Part shown: one piece after another, positions 30,037-48,346 of the stretch | Layout: the number at the start of each line of letters is the position of its first letter | Numbering within the stretch: position 1 is the first letter of the stretch | DNA from: the human T2T-CHM13v2.0 reference genome, Homo sapiens | Length of the DNA: 64,000 nt | NCBI RefSeq assembly: GCF_009914755.1 | Contig: NC_060927.1 | Reading direction: 5' to 3' (one strand) | Position numbers and translations under genes: made by a program | The notes under the pieces: generated by a model | Database searches by the model: none | Seen by the model: only the letters and a program-made list of their open reading frames with translations | What the model was told of the DNA's origin: nothing

Positions 30037-32577
30037 TTCATCTATTACTGTGCATCACTATTACAAAATTCTTAGCCAGAGATGCCAGACCCTGAGGGAG
30101 AAAGTGGATCAAGATCTTGCAGAGGAGGAGTGTCAAGGGAAAACTAGAGTTGGATGATTCAGATACATACCCTAGGGGATCATGTTCCTTCCCTACACCA
30201 CGGACAATCATTCCATGTGTCCTTATGAAATATTTCTTATATATCATGAGACAGAGACTGTATGTTTTTTAATCTTTTGGCTTACATGCCTAACATGGTG
30301 ACAGACTATTAGAAGTAAAAATAAGCCAGAAAACAACCCCCAAAAGCCAAGCTCACACCAAAAGAATTTTTTGAAGGATACTGGGATATAATCAGGGGGT
30401 CTAAGAAAGAGGTGAACACCCAGTTCTTGAAAAGACACAGCAATGATGTGGAGTAATGATTGTTATCAGGATCCAGCCTCTGTCTTGTGTCTCTGCTGTT
30501 TCTCATCATGTCAGCTTCATCTTTCCCTTTCACCGTGGACTTCCTCTAGCTGGCAAAAATCACGGCCCATCACAGTTCCTGAGTTTTTCATTTTATAGTT
30601 TTCAGTCATTGATGAGCCTTTATCCTGACTTTGTCTTAGTCCCATATTCCAAAATACTAAGTCAGTTTACCATTGATGTGGTCAAGGAAGAGGGGTTAGG
30701 TGAGAAAACAGAAATGTTAGTGATACTTATGGATAGACTAAAGATAGAGGATGAGCCAAGAACGAAAGAGGTACTGTTCCCAGAATAAGGGAGAGCTACA
30801 TAGACAAGGCAGTAGGTGTCCCCATGGTAGCTCCTGGTAGATGCCCCCCCACAGTAGCACTTAGGAGGTGCTTAACTGATGTATGTTGACTCAATAAATA
30901 AAGAAAGAAATTAACCTCTTTGAGCCTCTTCTGTGAGATGAGAATAGCATCTACCTCACAGGCTTGTACTGACGATAGAGCACTAACCACAGTGCTTGAC
31001 AGGCGTAGATATTCAGTAAATGCAACCTAAATATCCTAGCACTCATCTGGGTTGGAATTGCAAAGGGAAATTAAGGGAGAATTTATTACAGCAGATTATC
31101 TTTTAAAATTCAATCAGCATGATTATCCAATAAAATTTTAATCAAACTCTATGTCCCATCTTGTCTTCTAATCAGACTTAAGTCAACATAAATATTAGCC
31201 CAGGACTCTCACTTGGCTCAGTCTGAGTTGGCGCATTCCCTAAGGGAAACTGTAGGGTGTCAGAAGAAAGCCCCGATTTGTACCTATAAGAGACTATATT
31301 TACTTGTTCAGAAGACGAACAGAAACTGGAGATTAAGAACCCCCGGTCTACTAGATCAATGTCTACTGTTTCACGAGTTAAGCTTTAGCTTCCCTGTTAA
31401 CCAGACTAGCTCACACAACATATACCCACCTGAACTATTAATGTGTGCATTTTCTTGGATGTGCCTCCTTCCTTTGGACACTATTGCTCTTTGTCTCATA
31501 TTTAAAATGCCTTCCTCTGCCCTGTTACCTTCATCTGCATAACTCCTCAACCTTCAGGGTCTCCTCTGGCTCCATAATTTTACTGACCCATCCCCATCAG
31601 CTTTGAAAAATCATAATTCAAGTTTTTCCAAGACCTGATACAGAACACTTTGGCACAAGCCAGGTACCTGGGTCCTTCTACTCTAATTCCCTAACCAAAC
31701 TCTTTCTTCTAAACTCATACTGAGAAATGCTAAAGATTTCCAATAAAATTTCTTTTCATGGCTCAGTGGTTTGTAGAAACCGTTTATAGTTTACAAAGCT
31801 CTCTACAACTCTCTGATGTTGGTGTTATTAAGGACATCCCACTCCTGATCAGAATTTCTAATTGATCGATAATTTGGGGAGATGAGACTTGATTTTACTG
31901 AGAATAGTGTCCTAAATCTTTCGTTAAGGAGGCTTTTTTCAATGGTATGTCTCAGTGCTAGAAGAAACTCTAAAGCTTACTCATGATGTTGGTCCTGAAA
32001 AGCACCTGAATCTTCTCTATATGGCCCTCAGATGGAATGTAATCTGTACTGAAATTTATGGCTTCTGAATTGACTTCCAGAGGAATATCCATTTCTCCAC
32101 CCTACCATATTAGACATCTCCCACTATTAGCTCTTTTTCATGCATTGAGGCACACTTTGCCCCCCTGCTAACTTACCATAATGAGCCTCTCTCATATCCA
32201 TTAGAGAGAATCTAAGTTCCTCTTCTACATATGAGTTTGAGTAGGTATGTGGTAGGTATGTGGGGTCAAGATAGCATCTCCCTCATTTTCCCTTTTCTAT
32301 CCCCAACAACCTTGGGAACTTCAACTGCTGGTTTTGAGTCTACTTTGCTTTTTCTCAGGATATATTCTGGTCTACCAGTTTTACTGTTTTAAATTCTTAA
32401 ATTTAGCAAGCTGATTTTCTTTGAAGCCTACGGAATAGAGGGTGTCAAAAATGTCCTTCCGACATAATAATTACTAAGTATATAGAGATTAGAAGCTTAC
32501 TTTGGATATAGAGACTTTCTAAATTGGAAACATTTTTTGAAGACAGGAAATTCAGCCTAAGTAAAACCTAGTGTGTC

Positions 32578-32823
32578 CACTGGGGCATGTTGGGTTTGGG
32601 GAGGGAAAGTATCAGGAAAAATAGCTAATGCATGCTGGGGTTAATACCTAGGCGATGGGTTGACAGGTGCAGCAAACCACCATGATACATGTTTACCTAT
32701 GTAACAAACCTGCACATCCTGCACATGTACCTAGGAACTGAAAATTCAACAGCAACAACAACAAAAACACTGAAAAACAAAGACACTGTGCTACCAGAAA
32801 CAAAACAAAACAAAACAAAAAAA
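32578..32823 (+). mobile_element. Short 5'-truncated L1PA (older primate) 3'UTR with composite tail
   Basis: GGTGCAGCAAACCACCATG...GTAACAAACCTGCACATCCTGCACATGTACC. TSD core CTAGTGTGTC at 32568-32577 and 32824-32833. Confidence 0.9.
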
Positions 32824-32999
32824 CTAGTGTGTCGATATTCACAATTGTTTTGGTTTATTCTTAAAAGCAGTATGAGATCATTATGATGACCACATAAATG
32901 AAAAACAGTAACAGTCATTCTGGCCTTCTAGTACCTTGAAGATGTCCAGTTACTTCAAAGCCTTTGAATGTGCTTTCCCCCTTCCCCCACCCTGGGAAT

Positions 33000-33357
33000 A
33001 TTGTCTGCAACCCCAACCCTCCAAATTTTGGTCTGCCAACTTTTCATACTTCAAATCTCTGAAAAGCTTTTTCTTAATTATCTTGTTGCCCCCGACCCCA
33101 GTCCTAATCTAAATTGGGTCACCCATCATAATTTTGTAACCTGCCTTTAAATTTTTCTTATGGCAAATATACAAATTTTAATGGTATATTTAGTGATATG
33201 ATTATTTAGTGTCTGTCTTTTCCATTAGACTATTAATTTTGGGAAGCAATTCTGTCTGCTTTGTTTACTGTGGAATCCCCAGTGCCTGGCAGAGAGGCTG
33301 GTTTGTGTTGGTTGTTCACATAATGTTTCCTGGATGATTGCATGAATGAATAAATGA
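33000..33357 (+). mobile_element. L2 3' end
   Basis: CATTAGACTATTAA...GAATCCCCAGTGCCTGGCA...TGAATGAATAAATGA tail. Confidence 0.7.
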
Positions 33358-33769
33358 CTATTACATTTGTAATAAATGTAATAAATGATTGTCACACACT
33401 GTTTTTCTTCTTCTTTGCTTACATTTGTATATGACCTTGTGTTTTTCAAAGAATTTTCATGTTTCTGTAGTTTTAGGTAGATAAGACTAATTATTACTGT
33501 CCCAATTTCCATCTGATGAACCTAGGGCCCAGAAAAATGAAAAGACTAACACAAATTCACATACCTGGTGATGTGTGAAGCTGCAGTCAGAGCCGAGACT
33601 ACATGTTTACTCTTAGACTAGTGTTCTCTCCTTTAGTAATTTAAAAAATAATATTAGTCTCTTAAAAGATAATTTAAGTGCACATAATGTGATTTTTTTT
33701 TTAATCTTGGAAAAAATAGCATTTGTTTTTTTTGGAAGGTTCTGGTTAAAATACAATACCCTGACTTTT

Positions 33770-33853
33770 TAAACAGAATTTTACTGTTTAGAGCTGTTTT
33801 AGGTTCACAGCAAAATGGAGCTGAAGGTACAGATATTTCCCATTTACCTCCTG
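33770..33853 (-). mobile_element. 84-bp L1MC-like extreme 3' end
   Basis: TAGAGCTGTTTTAGGTTCACAGCAAAATGGAGC. Perfect 16-bp TSD CAATACCCTGACTTTT at 33754-33769 and 33854-33869. Confidence 0.85.
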
Positions 33854-36359
33854 CAATACCCTGACTTTTATGACTTCTTTTCTTTAGGTGACCTATTATA
33901 TAGGGGAATGTGAAGGGGAGATCTCACTTAATCCCATTTTTGGGGGTGCCTTCAGGACCTCAGGCAGCCTATATGCAATATATCTTGCTTAAAGGCAGAA
34001 AACAGTTTTTTGCATCTGAACACGTTTATATATGTTCTTGTGAGAGAAATTAGTCAAAATTAAAATATTAGTTTTTGTCCAAAGAGTGGCTTAAAAAAGT
34101 AAAAATTCTTTCTAAAATACCTTTTGCTTCATACATGTCTAACACAAATTGTCTTCTTTCCTATTCATTTACCTCATTTTACTAATCAAACCTTTACAAT
34201 AACGTATGGACAAAAAAGCAATACAGCATTATTCCCTTACAGAAATTTCACCCCTTAGCCTTTTTGTTTTCCTATTGAATCATATCAATCTTTTCATATC
34301 ATTTCAAATTGGTAGTGTCTGTTGTTCATTCACCTGCATTCAGAAAATCATAAGATCCTATTACAGTCACATTAGCACTAACCTGCTTTAAATGAAAAAA
34401 TGTGCATATCCCTGTAAGTTTTTTACTAAATTGATACATAATTTTAAAAGCATTATTTACCTTGTAGCCTATCTCTCTGATTTATCTCTCAGGGTATAGA
34501 ATTCTTAAATATGGTATCATTTATTTTTCTCTCTCTATGGAATCATCCAGGCTTTGATTCATTATGGAAGAGAAATTTCTTATAATGTAGTATTTTTTCT
34601 CACTTCCTTGAAAAAAAATTGCATAGAATCATAAGGTTGTATCGTAACAAGAGATTTTATAGGCCGTTTAAACTAACTCTTTGAATTCCCTGTGCATATG
34701 CCATCCAAGGTCATCTATTTGCTACTTGGATACTTTGTATAATGGGGAGGTCGCCACTTCACTTTAACTATATGCCCTCAGGGATAAACCAGGTTGGTTG
34801 CCTATCCAATTATGTATGGTTCCTTTAACTCACCAGCAAATATGGGGCTTTATTTATATCTGTACAGTATGCCCAAGCTTCCTTGAATCCTGGACATCTG
34901 GAGAGTGTGCTCTGCAATTGGAGTCAATCTGCGATTGTTTAGACTGTCTGGAAGCAAGGCAGGCTGACTTCATTTGGAGCTGGAAGCAGGGGCAAGCTGA
35001 CAGCAACTTATAGAACATGGAGATTCCTGGCTAGCTGCTTGCTAGAAAGAAAATGTTTTAAGTGAACTTAGGTTTCCAGATGTCCCACTAAAAAGTACAT
35101 AATTGCCATGACAGAGGATGAAAAAAGGAAAATGTGTAGTATGTGAATTAATTACTTTTTCTCTGATTATTTTTTACTTAACATTTGGCAGCACAGTTTC
35201 CATAAATTTTATTTTTTAGAACGTGTTTTTTTTTTTTTCGCCTCGGAACAACTGTACGGAATGCTGATAGACCCACAGCTTTTCTTAGTAAGATTTTTAT
35301 GTGCATTCTTTTTCACTTAGTTCACACATTATTCCATATACTAAAAATTCTTTGTTTCTGCTTTCTGAAGAATAGCATAATTTTATAACATAAAATAATT
35401 TCAACAATATCAAATCAATAACCAACATTTATGGTACCTTATGAAATAGGATAGCTTGCTCAAGTATTTCTATCTTCCTGTAAAAGAGAGTGCAATAAAG
35501 GTAGCGCCTTTAAAAAACTTTTAAGCAGGTGAGGTGGAGCTGCATTTGAAGACACCAATCTGTTTTTCCTAGCGGTGTTTCCATCTTGCTTTGCTCTCCT
35601 GCACCCCTGTAGTTAACTCTGTGCTTGATTGCCTCAGGGGAGGCAGGAAAAGGGCTGAACTCAGAAATAGCCTGCTTGTCTTTCTGACATTTGTCATGAA
35701 GAAGCCTAAGCCCTCAGGGGAACTTAGAGAGTTTTACGGAGAAGGTAAAAGTTGGTATTTAAGGGTATAGACAAAGTATTTTGGTCAGAAACAAGCAGAG
35801 GAGAGAGCAGAGTATTCCTCTGGGCTGTGTGGGAGACAGAGCAGAGAGAGAGGGAAGGAGAAGAGGAGGAAGGGATGAATGAAATGGATCAATGAAAGAT
35901 TTCTGTCGTCCGGAGGAAGGATTCTGCCTTTGCTTTACAGCAGTGCTGATGGACCATCAGCAAGATCCTAAAGAGGAAACGACTGTCTAGTGCGTGTGGT
36001 GCGGTGTTAATTGACACACAGTAGCCTTGTAAGAGTGACGTGGAAACAATGGGAGTTACCTGGAGTTACCAGATGTAATCGCTCATATGTCCTGGGACAA
36101 GGGATGCAGCAACGTGTGTGAACCTGAGTACTGATCCCTGGCAACCTCTGCTCCCACCTTGCTACTGCACAGTTAATGGCATAAATTTTGGAGAAGCAGA
36201 GACAAAAGATAATTCTCAGGAAGAACTGAAGATAAGTTCATCCACCAGTCCAGCAGAATAGAAACTCAGGAAAAAGTATTACAATGAATTATAGAAAATG
36301 AACGTATAATACATTTAAGTGTGTTTACTGAGAGGCACACTTGCTTACAATCAATAACT

Positions 36360-40638
<4,279 letters not shown>

Positions 40639-40956
40639 AAAGTGTTCCCATCTATATTATTGGAGAATTTGTGTAGAATTGGTATTATTTCTTGGTCAAG
40701 AATTTTTTGCGTTGAAAAGAAAAGCCAGATATTTAATCACATTAAAATTTTTACTTTACTATTCCGTCAGCTAAAATACCAGAACCCCTTATTACATGAG
40801 GGAGCTTCTATGAAGATAATTTTATTGTGGGGTGTTTTGAGGATAACTAGTGAATGCAACTCCAGTGTCTCCAGCTCTAGAGCAATCTCTGTTGTTGTTA
40901 GATGGAAGGAAACCAACATGTTGGACACAGATGTTGTACCAGGCACCTAGATGTTG

Positions 40957-41277
<321 letters not shown>

Positions 41278-42585
41278 TAGGGTAAGAGTCCACTCCTCTC
41301 ATGCCCCCGAATTCCTCCCAAATAAGGATTTGCCCAGCCACAAGGAAGAAGAGGACTAGTGATGCTAATACTAGATGCAGGCTTGGCCTGTGTCATTGAG
41401 ATGGAGCCCAGTATCCCATTTCTACATTGTCTAATATTTGATTCCTGTCACTTGGTCCAGAAACGTGGGTAATAGAAATGCTATAGAAATTAGTGGTATT
41501 TAAGAGTTAAATAGATTGATAACTGGCTTAGTCAGTTATAGCCCTGAGGGATGGCAAGACTCAGAAAATCTCAACTACAACAGGACTGTGAGCTATAGCT
41601 GTGGCTGTAAGAAGACAGAAAGAACTCTACTCCTACTGTATCTCTTTTAGAATATAAAGTAGGAATTTCTGTTTTTACACAAGTAAAGGGAAGAGGGCAC
41701 TTATCCTTGTTTTATTTCACCCCCTGTTGAAGAGACTTGATCCCAGGACACACAAGTTCTCTGACAGGTAGAGGTTGTGGTTGTATTGTGCAGCTTTGCT
41801 TAAGGCAGAGTGTATGTGTTCAATTCAGGGGGTGGAGCACAAAAACTGAGAAGGAAGAAGGCATTTTCTATGTAGTAAAACAGCTTTTTAAATTTTTGTC
41901 AGTTCTGGAATTATTTCTCAAATGGATCAGAATTTGAGAGAAGAGAGGAGTGTTATTTATTGCCTTCCACTATAAACTTCAACATATTGGCGCATGGACT
42001 GGGAACCTTAAGAAATAGTCCCAAGTGCTGATGTTTGCAGGCTGAAATCTAGGAGAAGTTGAGCCTTCCACAGTAGCTAGGGCAATAGCTATAGGCTTTG
42101 ATAATTTTGTAGGCCAAGCTCTCTTGGGTATTTGACCTTAGTGATTGGCAAGGGCTTATGTTTTGCTTTTGTATCTGGATTTTCACTGGTCCAAAGAAGG
42201 CATAGATTTGTCTTGTGGAGTTGTGCTTTATAATGCAGACTTTTAAAGTATTAGCGGTTGTCTAATGGCTCTCTTACACAATATATTCTGCCAGGATTGT
42301 AGGCCTGGGCTTTAAACTACAAAAACTGAGACTGTGTTCCACAATGTTACAATGAATGAGACATGGTCTCTAAATTGTATTAGGTATTAGCAGTTAGCAT
42401 AAGGCCCACCTGAGAAAATTCTGTTACTCTTTATCTTGTTTGGAATTGCATTCACTATGGAGGAGGCCAAGGAGAGAAATACGAAGGTCTAAACTTTATC
42501 ATCTCTCTTTTTCTCTGTGAGACTTCTTGGGCAGGTTACCTCTTTTAATCTACTAATAATTAAAAAAAATTCCTTTTACAGATGT

Positions 42586-43660
42586 TTGTCAGGGAAATGC
42601 AAATCGAAAACACAATGAGATACCACACCACACCCAGTAGAATGGCTACTATCAAAAAAACAGAACATAACCACTGTTGGCAAGGATGTGGAGAAACTGG
42701 AACCCTTGCATGCTGTTGATGGAAATATAAAATGGTATAGCCAGTATGGGCAACAGTATGCTGGTTTCTCAAAAAATTCAAAATAGTATTACCATATGAT
42801 CCAGCAATTCTACTTTTGGATATATGTTCCAAAGAATTGAAAACAAGGTCTCGAAGATATTATTATTATTATTATTTTTTGAGATGGAGTGTCACTCTGT
42901 CACCCAGGCTGGTGTGCAGTGGCGTGATCTCGGCCTACTGCAACTTCCGCCTCTTGGGTTCAAGCAATTCTCTGCCTCAGCCTCCTGAGTAGCTGGGATT
43001 GCAGGCGTCCACCACCATGCCCGGCTAATTTTTTTGTATTTTTAGTAGAGTTGAGGTTTCACCATCTTGGCCAGGTTGGTGTTGAACTCCTGACCTCGTG
43101 ATCCACCCACCTTGGCCTCCCAAAGTGCTGGGATTACAGACATGAGCCACCGCGCCCAGCTCGAAGAGATATTTTTACACCCATATTCATAGCAGCATTA
43201 TTCACAGTAGCCAAAAGGTAGAAGTAATCCAGTGTTCATTGACAGATAAACAATATGTAGTATGCATGTACAACAGAATAGTATTCAGCCTTAAAAAGGA
43301 AAGAAATTCTGACATTTGCTATGACTTGCATGAACATTGGTGACATGCTAAGTGAAATAAGCCAGTCATAAAAAGACAAATACTGTATGATTCTATTTAC
43401 ATGAGGTACATGAAGTAGTCATATTCATAGAGATAGAAAGTGGAATGGTGGTGGATAGGGCCTCAGGAAAGGGATGAATGGGGAGTTGTTTAATGGGTGT
43501 AGAGTTTTAGTTTTCAAGATAAAAAGAGTTTTGGAGACTGGTTGTAGAACAGTGTGAATGTACTTAACAGTACTGAAGTGTACACCTAAAAGTGGTAAAG
43601 ATGGTACATTTTATGTTATGTATATTTTACCACAACTAAAAATACAAATAATAAAAAATA
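42586..43660 (+). mobile_element. L1MB-like 3' end, interrupted by an Alu
   Basis: AGGGAAATGCAAATC, GGAGAAACTGGAACCCTTG, AAGACAAATACTGTATGATTC and TTATGTATATTTTACCACAA. Confidence 0.88.
42862..43160 (-). mobile_element. AluSg-family SINE with (TAT)n tail
   Basis: CCATCTTGGCCAGG and GACCTCGTGATCC. TSD TCGAAGA(GA)TATT at 42851 and 43161. Confidence 0.92.
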
Positions 43661-44218
43661 CTAAAAAAAATTTTCTCAAAGAGAAGTTAGACTTGGCTGT
43701 ATCCCCTTTACTTTTCATACCAGTTCGCCTGTCCTCCAAGATCTTTACTTTAAGGATGTCTCTTTCTCCAGTTTAAACAGTCTTACTTCCTTTACCTGAG
43801 CCAAAGTGTCATGCAAATACTTTATTGGGACTTATAATCTCAGGGCAGGGAGAGAGGAAAAAGAGGGCAATGAGGAAAAGAGGGTAAAGAGGAAAAGAAG
43901 GTAAGCATATATAAGGTGGCATGTTACCGAATTGGCCATGTGTTCATAACAAATCATGAGTGGTTGCTCAACCATGTGGGACATAACTGGAAGGACGTGG
44001 GAAGACAGATTTCTTTGCCAGCACCTTTCCACCACCTGTTACTCAGTAGTTAAAATTCTCATTGTAGGGAGTTTATTCCCTCACACTTCCAGTTTATATC
44101 ACCTAGCCCCTCAAAAGAGATAGTCCCTGGGGAAGCTGGACTCCATGCCCTGTAGTTTAGCACTTCAACCAAATATAAAAGTGATAGAAGAAACCAGCAC
44201 TTTTGTGGGTTCAGGCAG

Positions 44219-46553
44219 TGACATGGTTTTGCTGTGTCCTCACCCAAATCTCATCTTGAGTTGTAATCATCACAGTCCTGTGTCATGGGAGGGACCCCAT
44301 GGGAGGTAATTGGATCATGGGAGTAGTTTCCCACATGCTGTTCTTGTGATAATGAGTGAGTCTCACAAGATCTGATGGTTTGTTAAACATCTGGCATTTA
44401 CCCTCGTTGTACTCATTCCATCCTGCCACCATGTGAAGAAGGTACTTGCTTCTCCTTTGCCTTCTGCCATGTTTGTAAGTTTCCTGAGGCCTCCCCAGCC
44501 ATGTGAACTGTGAGTCAATTAAACTTCTTTATAAATTACCCAGTCTCAGGTATTTCTTCATAGCAGTGTGAGAATGGACTATTACAGTAAATTGGTACTG
44601 GCTAGTGGGGTGCTGCTGTAAAGATACCCGAAAACGTGGAAGTGACTTTGGAAGTGGGTAACAGGCAGAGATTGGAACAGTTTGGAGGGCTCAGAAGAAG
44701 ACAGGAAGATGTGGGAAAGTTTGAGACTTCCTAGAGACTTGGAGATCTCAGAAGACAGGGAGATATGGGAAAGTTTGGAACTTCCTAGAGACTTGTTGAA
44801 TGGCTTTGACCAACATGCAGATAATGATGTGGACAATGAAGTCTAGGCTGAGGTGGCCTCAGATGGAGATGAGGAACTTGTTGGGAACTGGATTACAGGT
44901 CACTCTTGCTATGGAAAGAGACTGGCCGCATTCTACCCCTGCCCTAGAGATCTGTGGAACTTGGAATTTGAGAGAGATTATTTAGGGAATCTGGCAGAAG
45001 AAATTTCTAAGTGCCAGAGCATTCAAGAGGAAGCAGAGCATAAAATTTGGAAAATTTGCAGCCTAACAATGTGATAGAAAAGAAAACCCCATTTTCTGGG
45101 GAGAATTGCAAGCCACCTGCAGAAAGTTGTATAAGTATCAAGGAGTCAAATATTGATCACCAAGACAATGGGGGAAAATGTCTCCAGGGCTTGTCAGAGA
45201 CCTTCACAGCAGCCCCACCTGTCACAGGCCTGGAGGCCTAAGAAGGAAAAATGGTTGTGTAGCCTGGGCCCAGGGACCCCTGCAGCCTTGAAACATGGTG
45301 CTCTGCATCCCAGCTGCTTCAGCTCCAGCTGTGGCTAAAAGGGGCCAACATACAGCTCAGGACATTGCTTCAGCGAGTGCAAACCCCAAGCCCCAAGCCT
45401 TGGCAGCTTCCATGTGGTGTTGGTCCTGTGGGTACACAGAAGTCAAGAACTGAGGTTTGGAAACCTCTGTCTAGACTTCAGAGGATGTATGGAAATGCCT
45501 GGATGTCTAGGCAGAAGTCTGCACAAAGGCAGAGTCCTCATGGAGAACCTCTGCTACAGCAGTGTGGAAGGAAAATGTGGGGTCAGAGCCCTAACACAGA
45601 GTCCTCACTGGGGCACTGCCTTGTGGAGCTGTGAGAAGAAGGCCACCATCCTGCAGACCCCAGAATGGGAGGTCTACATACAGCTTGCACTGTGTGCCTG
45701 GAAAAGCCACAGGCACTCAATGGCAGCCCATGAAAGCAGCTGTTAGGGGGGTTGTGCTTTGCAAAGCCACAGGGCAGAGCTGCCCAAGGCCATGTTGTGG
45801 GAGACCACCTTTTGTATCAGTGTGACGTGGATGTGAGTCATGGAGTCAAAAGAGATAATTTTGGAACTTTAAGGTTTAATGACTGCCCTGTGGAGTTTCA
45901 GACTTGCATGGGGCCTCTAACCCCCTTGTTTTGGCCAATTTCTCCCATGTAGAATGGGTGTATTTACCCAATGCCTATGCCCCCATTGTATCTAGGAAGT
46001 CACTAACCTACTTTTGATTTTACAGGCTCATAGGTGGAAGGGACTTACCTTGTCTCAGAAGAGACTTTGGACTTGGACTTTTGGATTAATGCTGGAATGA
46101 CCTAAGACTTTGGGGGACTGTTGGAGGGGCACGATTGCGTTTTGAAATGTGAGGACATGAGATTTGGCAGGGGCCAAGGGCAAATTGATATGGTTTGGCT
46201 CTGTTTCCCCACCCAAATCTCACCTGGAGTTGTAATAATCTCCACATGTCGTGGGAGGTACTCAGTGGGAGGTAATGAAATCACAGAGGCAGTTACCCCT
46301 ATGCTGTTCCTGTGGTAGTGAATGAGTTCTCATGAGATCTGATGGTTTATAAGGAACATTTCCCTGTTTGCTCAGCACTTCTCTCTCCTGCCGCCATGTG
46401 AAGAAGGACATGTTTGCTTCCCCTTCTGCCATGGTCGTAAGTTTCCTGAGGCCTCCCCAGCCATGCTGAACTGAGTCAATTAAACCTCTTTCCTTTATAA
46501 ATTACCCAGTCTCAGGTATGTCTTTAATAGCAGTGTGAGAACAGACTAATACA
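44219..46553 (+). mobile_element. Full-length THE1C/D MaLR provirus: LTR 44219-44586, internal 44587-46185, LTR 46186-46553
   Basis: Two 368-bp TG...CA LTRs. THE1-int start GTAAATTGGTAC, purine-rich tract before the 3' LTR, 5-bp TSD GGCAG/CGCAG. Confidence 0.95.
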
Positions 46554-47924
46554 CGCAGGTTCCAGTAATGGGGTCTGTCCACCGGAGCGCCTCTGGCTCA
46601 GCCGTGGCAGACACAGTGGAGGCTATGCTAGCAGATAAGGAGGTTTCGGGGATGGCAGTGGCATCTAGAGCACTCCATGAGCAAGTTGTCAAGTGTCTTG
46701 GAGACAAGTGGTAACCTATTAGACCTGAGAGGGCATCATTAACTGTGCCCCAAACTAAAACATACTAAACGAACAAACCCCAAACAAATATCAGTATCTG
46801 TCAGAGGCAGTGGCAATGACCACTATGCTAGGAATGCATTTTAAAATTAGGGTGGGGAGGCTGTGTTGTTTGCAATCCAGTGCTTAACTGGCTCAAAATA
46901 GAGTTGGGAATTTTTAGAGCTTTAATATGCTAGATGAAAGAAAACAAGTGACATGATGACTAGAACCGCCACCACTGAATTTTCTAAACTTTAAGAAAAG
47001 GCAAGAAAATTGCTTTTAGAAGAAGAGAAGTTGAGAATATGCCCCAGTGAATCCTCCCCACCTGCAGTTATGGTAAATGTCTTTGTTTCAATTAATCTAA
47101 TGATAATATATTTCATTCTCAGTAAGTTCCAAGATGTAGATTCTGGACAAAGAGTCTGGCATACTGGAAAGGAAAAAATATGTGAATCTTTGGGTCAGTG
47201 GTTCATTGAAGAATACTGACATTTAAAAAAATGCTTATAATAATGTGTGTTAAGTGCTATGAGAAAGATATGTGATACAGTGTATTTTGAATTCACATAA
47301 ATGGAACATCCAACCAGACTTTGAAGGCCAGGAAAGTTGTCCAGAGAAAAGTAATGTCTAGGATTAATCCTAAAAGATGACTGAGGGTTGGTTGGCTAAA
47401 TAAGGCTGAACAGCCAAACTGTTAAGAGGGCTCAGGAAATTTCATCTAAATTATAGCTGAAAGGCAAACCTGGTAAACCTCGATATGGGTCAATAAATTT
47501 TGGTGTGTGTTTTGAAAATCTTCTAAATTCTTCTCATGGTCACACACCCCATCTGAGACCAGGTCTTGTTAGTATTTCTGCAGTTTCAGAGGAATGTGCA
47601 GGAAGTGGGAAAATTTAGATAAATAATAAAGCATTTTATTCAATTAAAATTAAGGACATGTGTGGGAAAGCTAAAGGTAAATTATTAGATGACGCAGTAC
47701 TACATTGAGCAAAAATCTTCTGTCCCAGAATGTGGTAGGTGAAAATAAAGATACAGATCTCTAAATTTTTATTTTCTTAGAGGATAAAACCAAAACAATT
47801 ATAGAAAGAGTTTAATTATGAAAGGATTTTGTCAGTTAGGTAGATAAACCTGAGAGTTTGTAGATTTTAGTACCTGAAAAATCTCTTTAGGTAGAGTAAA
47901 TAATCTAATTTACGTAACAGCCCT

Positions 47925-48333
47925 TGTGGCAGAGACAATGCCCTGTTTTACCACATCATTTCCTCTTCCTGGATACTCCGGAAGACAATATTTCTCAGCC
48001 TCCTTGAGGTTAGGTTAGGACTGAGTTTTATGTGATGGAATTTTGGCCAATGGAATGTGAGTAAAAAACCTTGAGCTCTAAAAAATTTCTGACATATTCT
48101 GTACCCCTCCTTCTCTTTTTTATGTTGAATTTGGAAGACAGGATTGTTTATTTTGTAGCTAAAAAGCAGAAGCAACTTGAATCTTTGACTCATAGCTTAG
48201 AAGAACCACTGAGTAGAACCAATCTATATCAGACTGTAATTGAACAAGAAGTAAATGTTTGTTGTGCTAAGCTACTGCTATTACTGGAATTATTTGTTCT
48301 TGAAGCAGAGCCTGATCTATCCTGACAAATGTA
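47925..48333 (+). mobile_element. MLT1 (J/I-like) solo LTR
   Basis: TGTGGCAGAGAC start, TTTCTCAGCCTCCTTG, TTTTGGCCAATGGAATGTGAG and GCAGAGCCTGATCTATCCTGACAAAT end. Confidence 0.75.
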
Positions 48334-48346
48334 CTCTTCCTTCCAG

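Noticed and set aside
35540-36290. Possible ancient LTR (Gypsy/ERVL-like)
   Set aside because: Only compositional resemblance. Termini and TSD could not be identified by eye.
44582-46318. Dense cluster of short ORFs
   Set aside because: Decayed THE1 internal and LTR sequence with no continuous frame.
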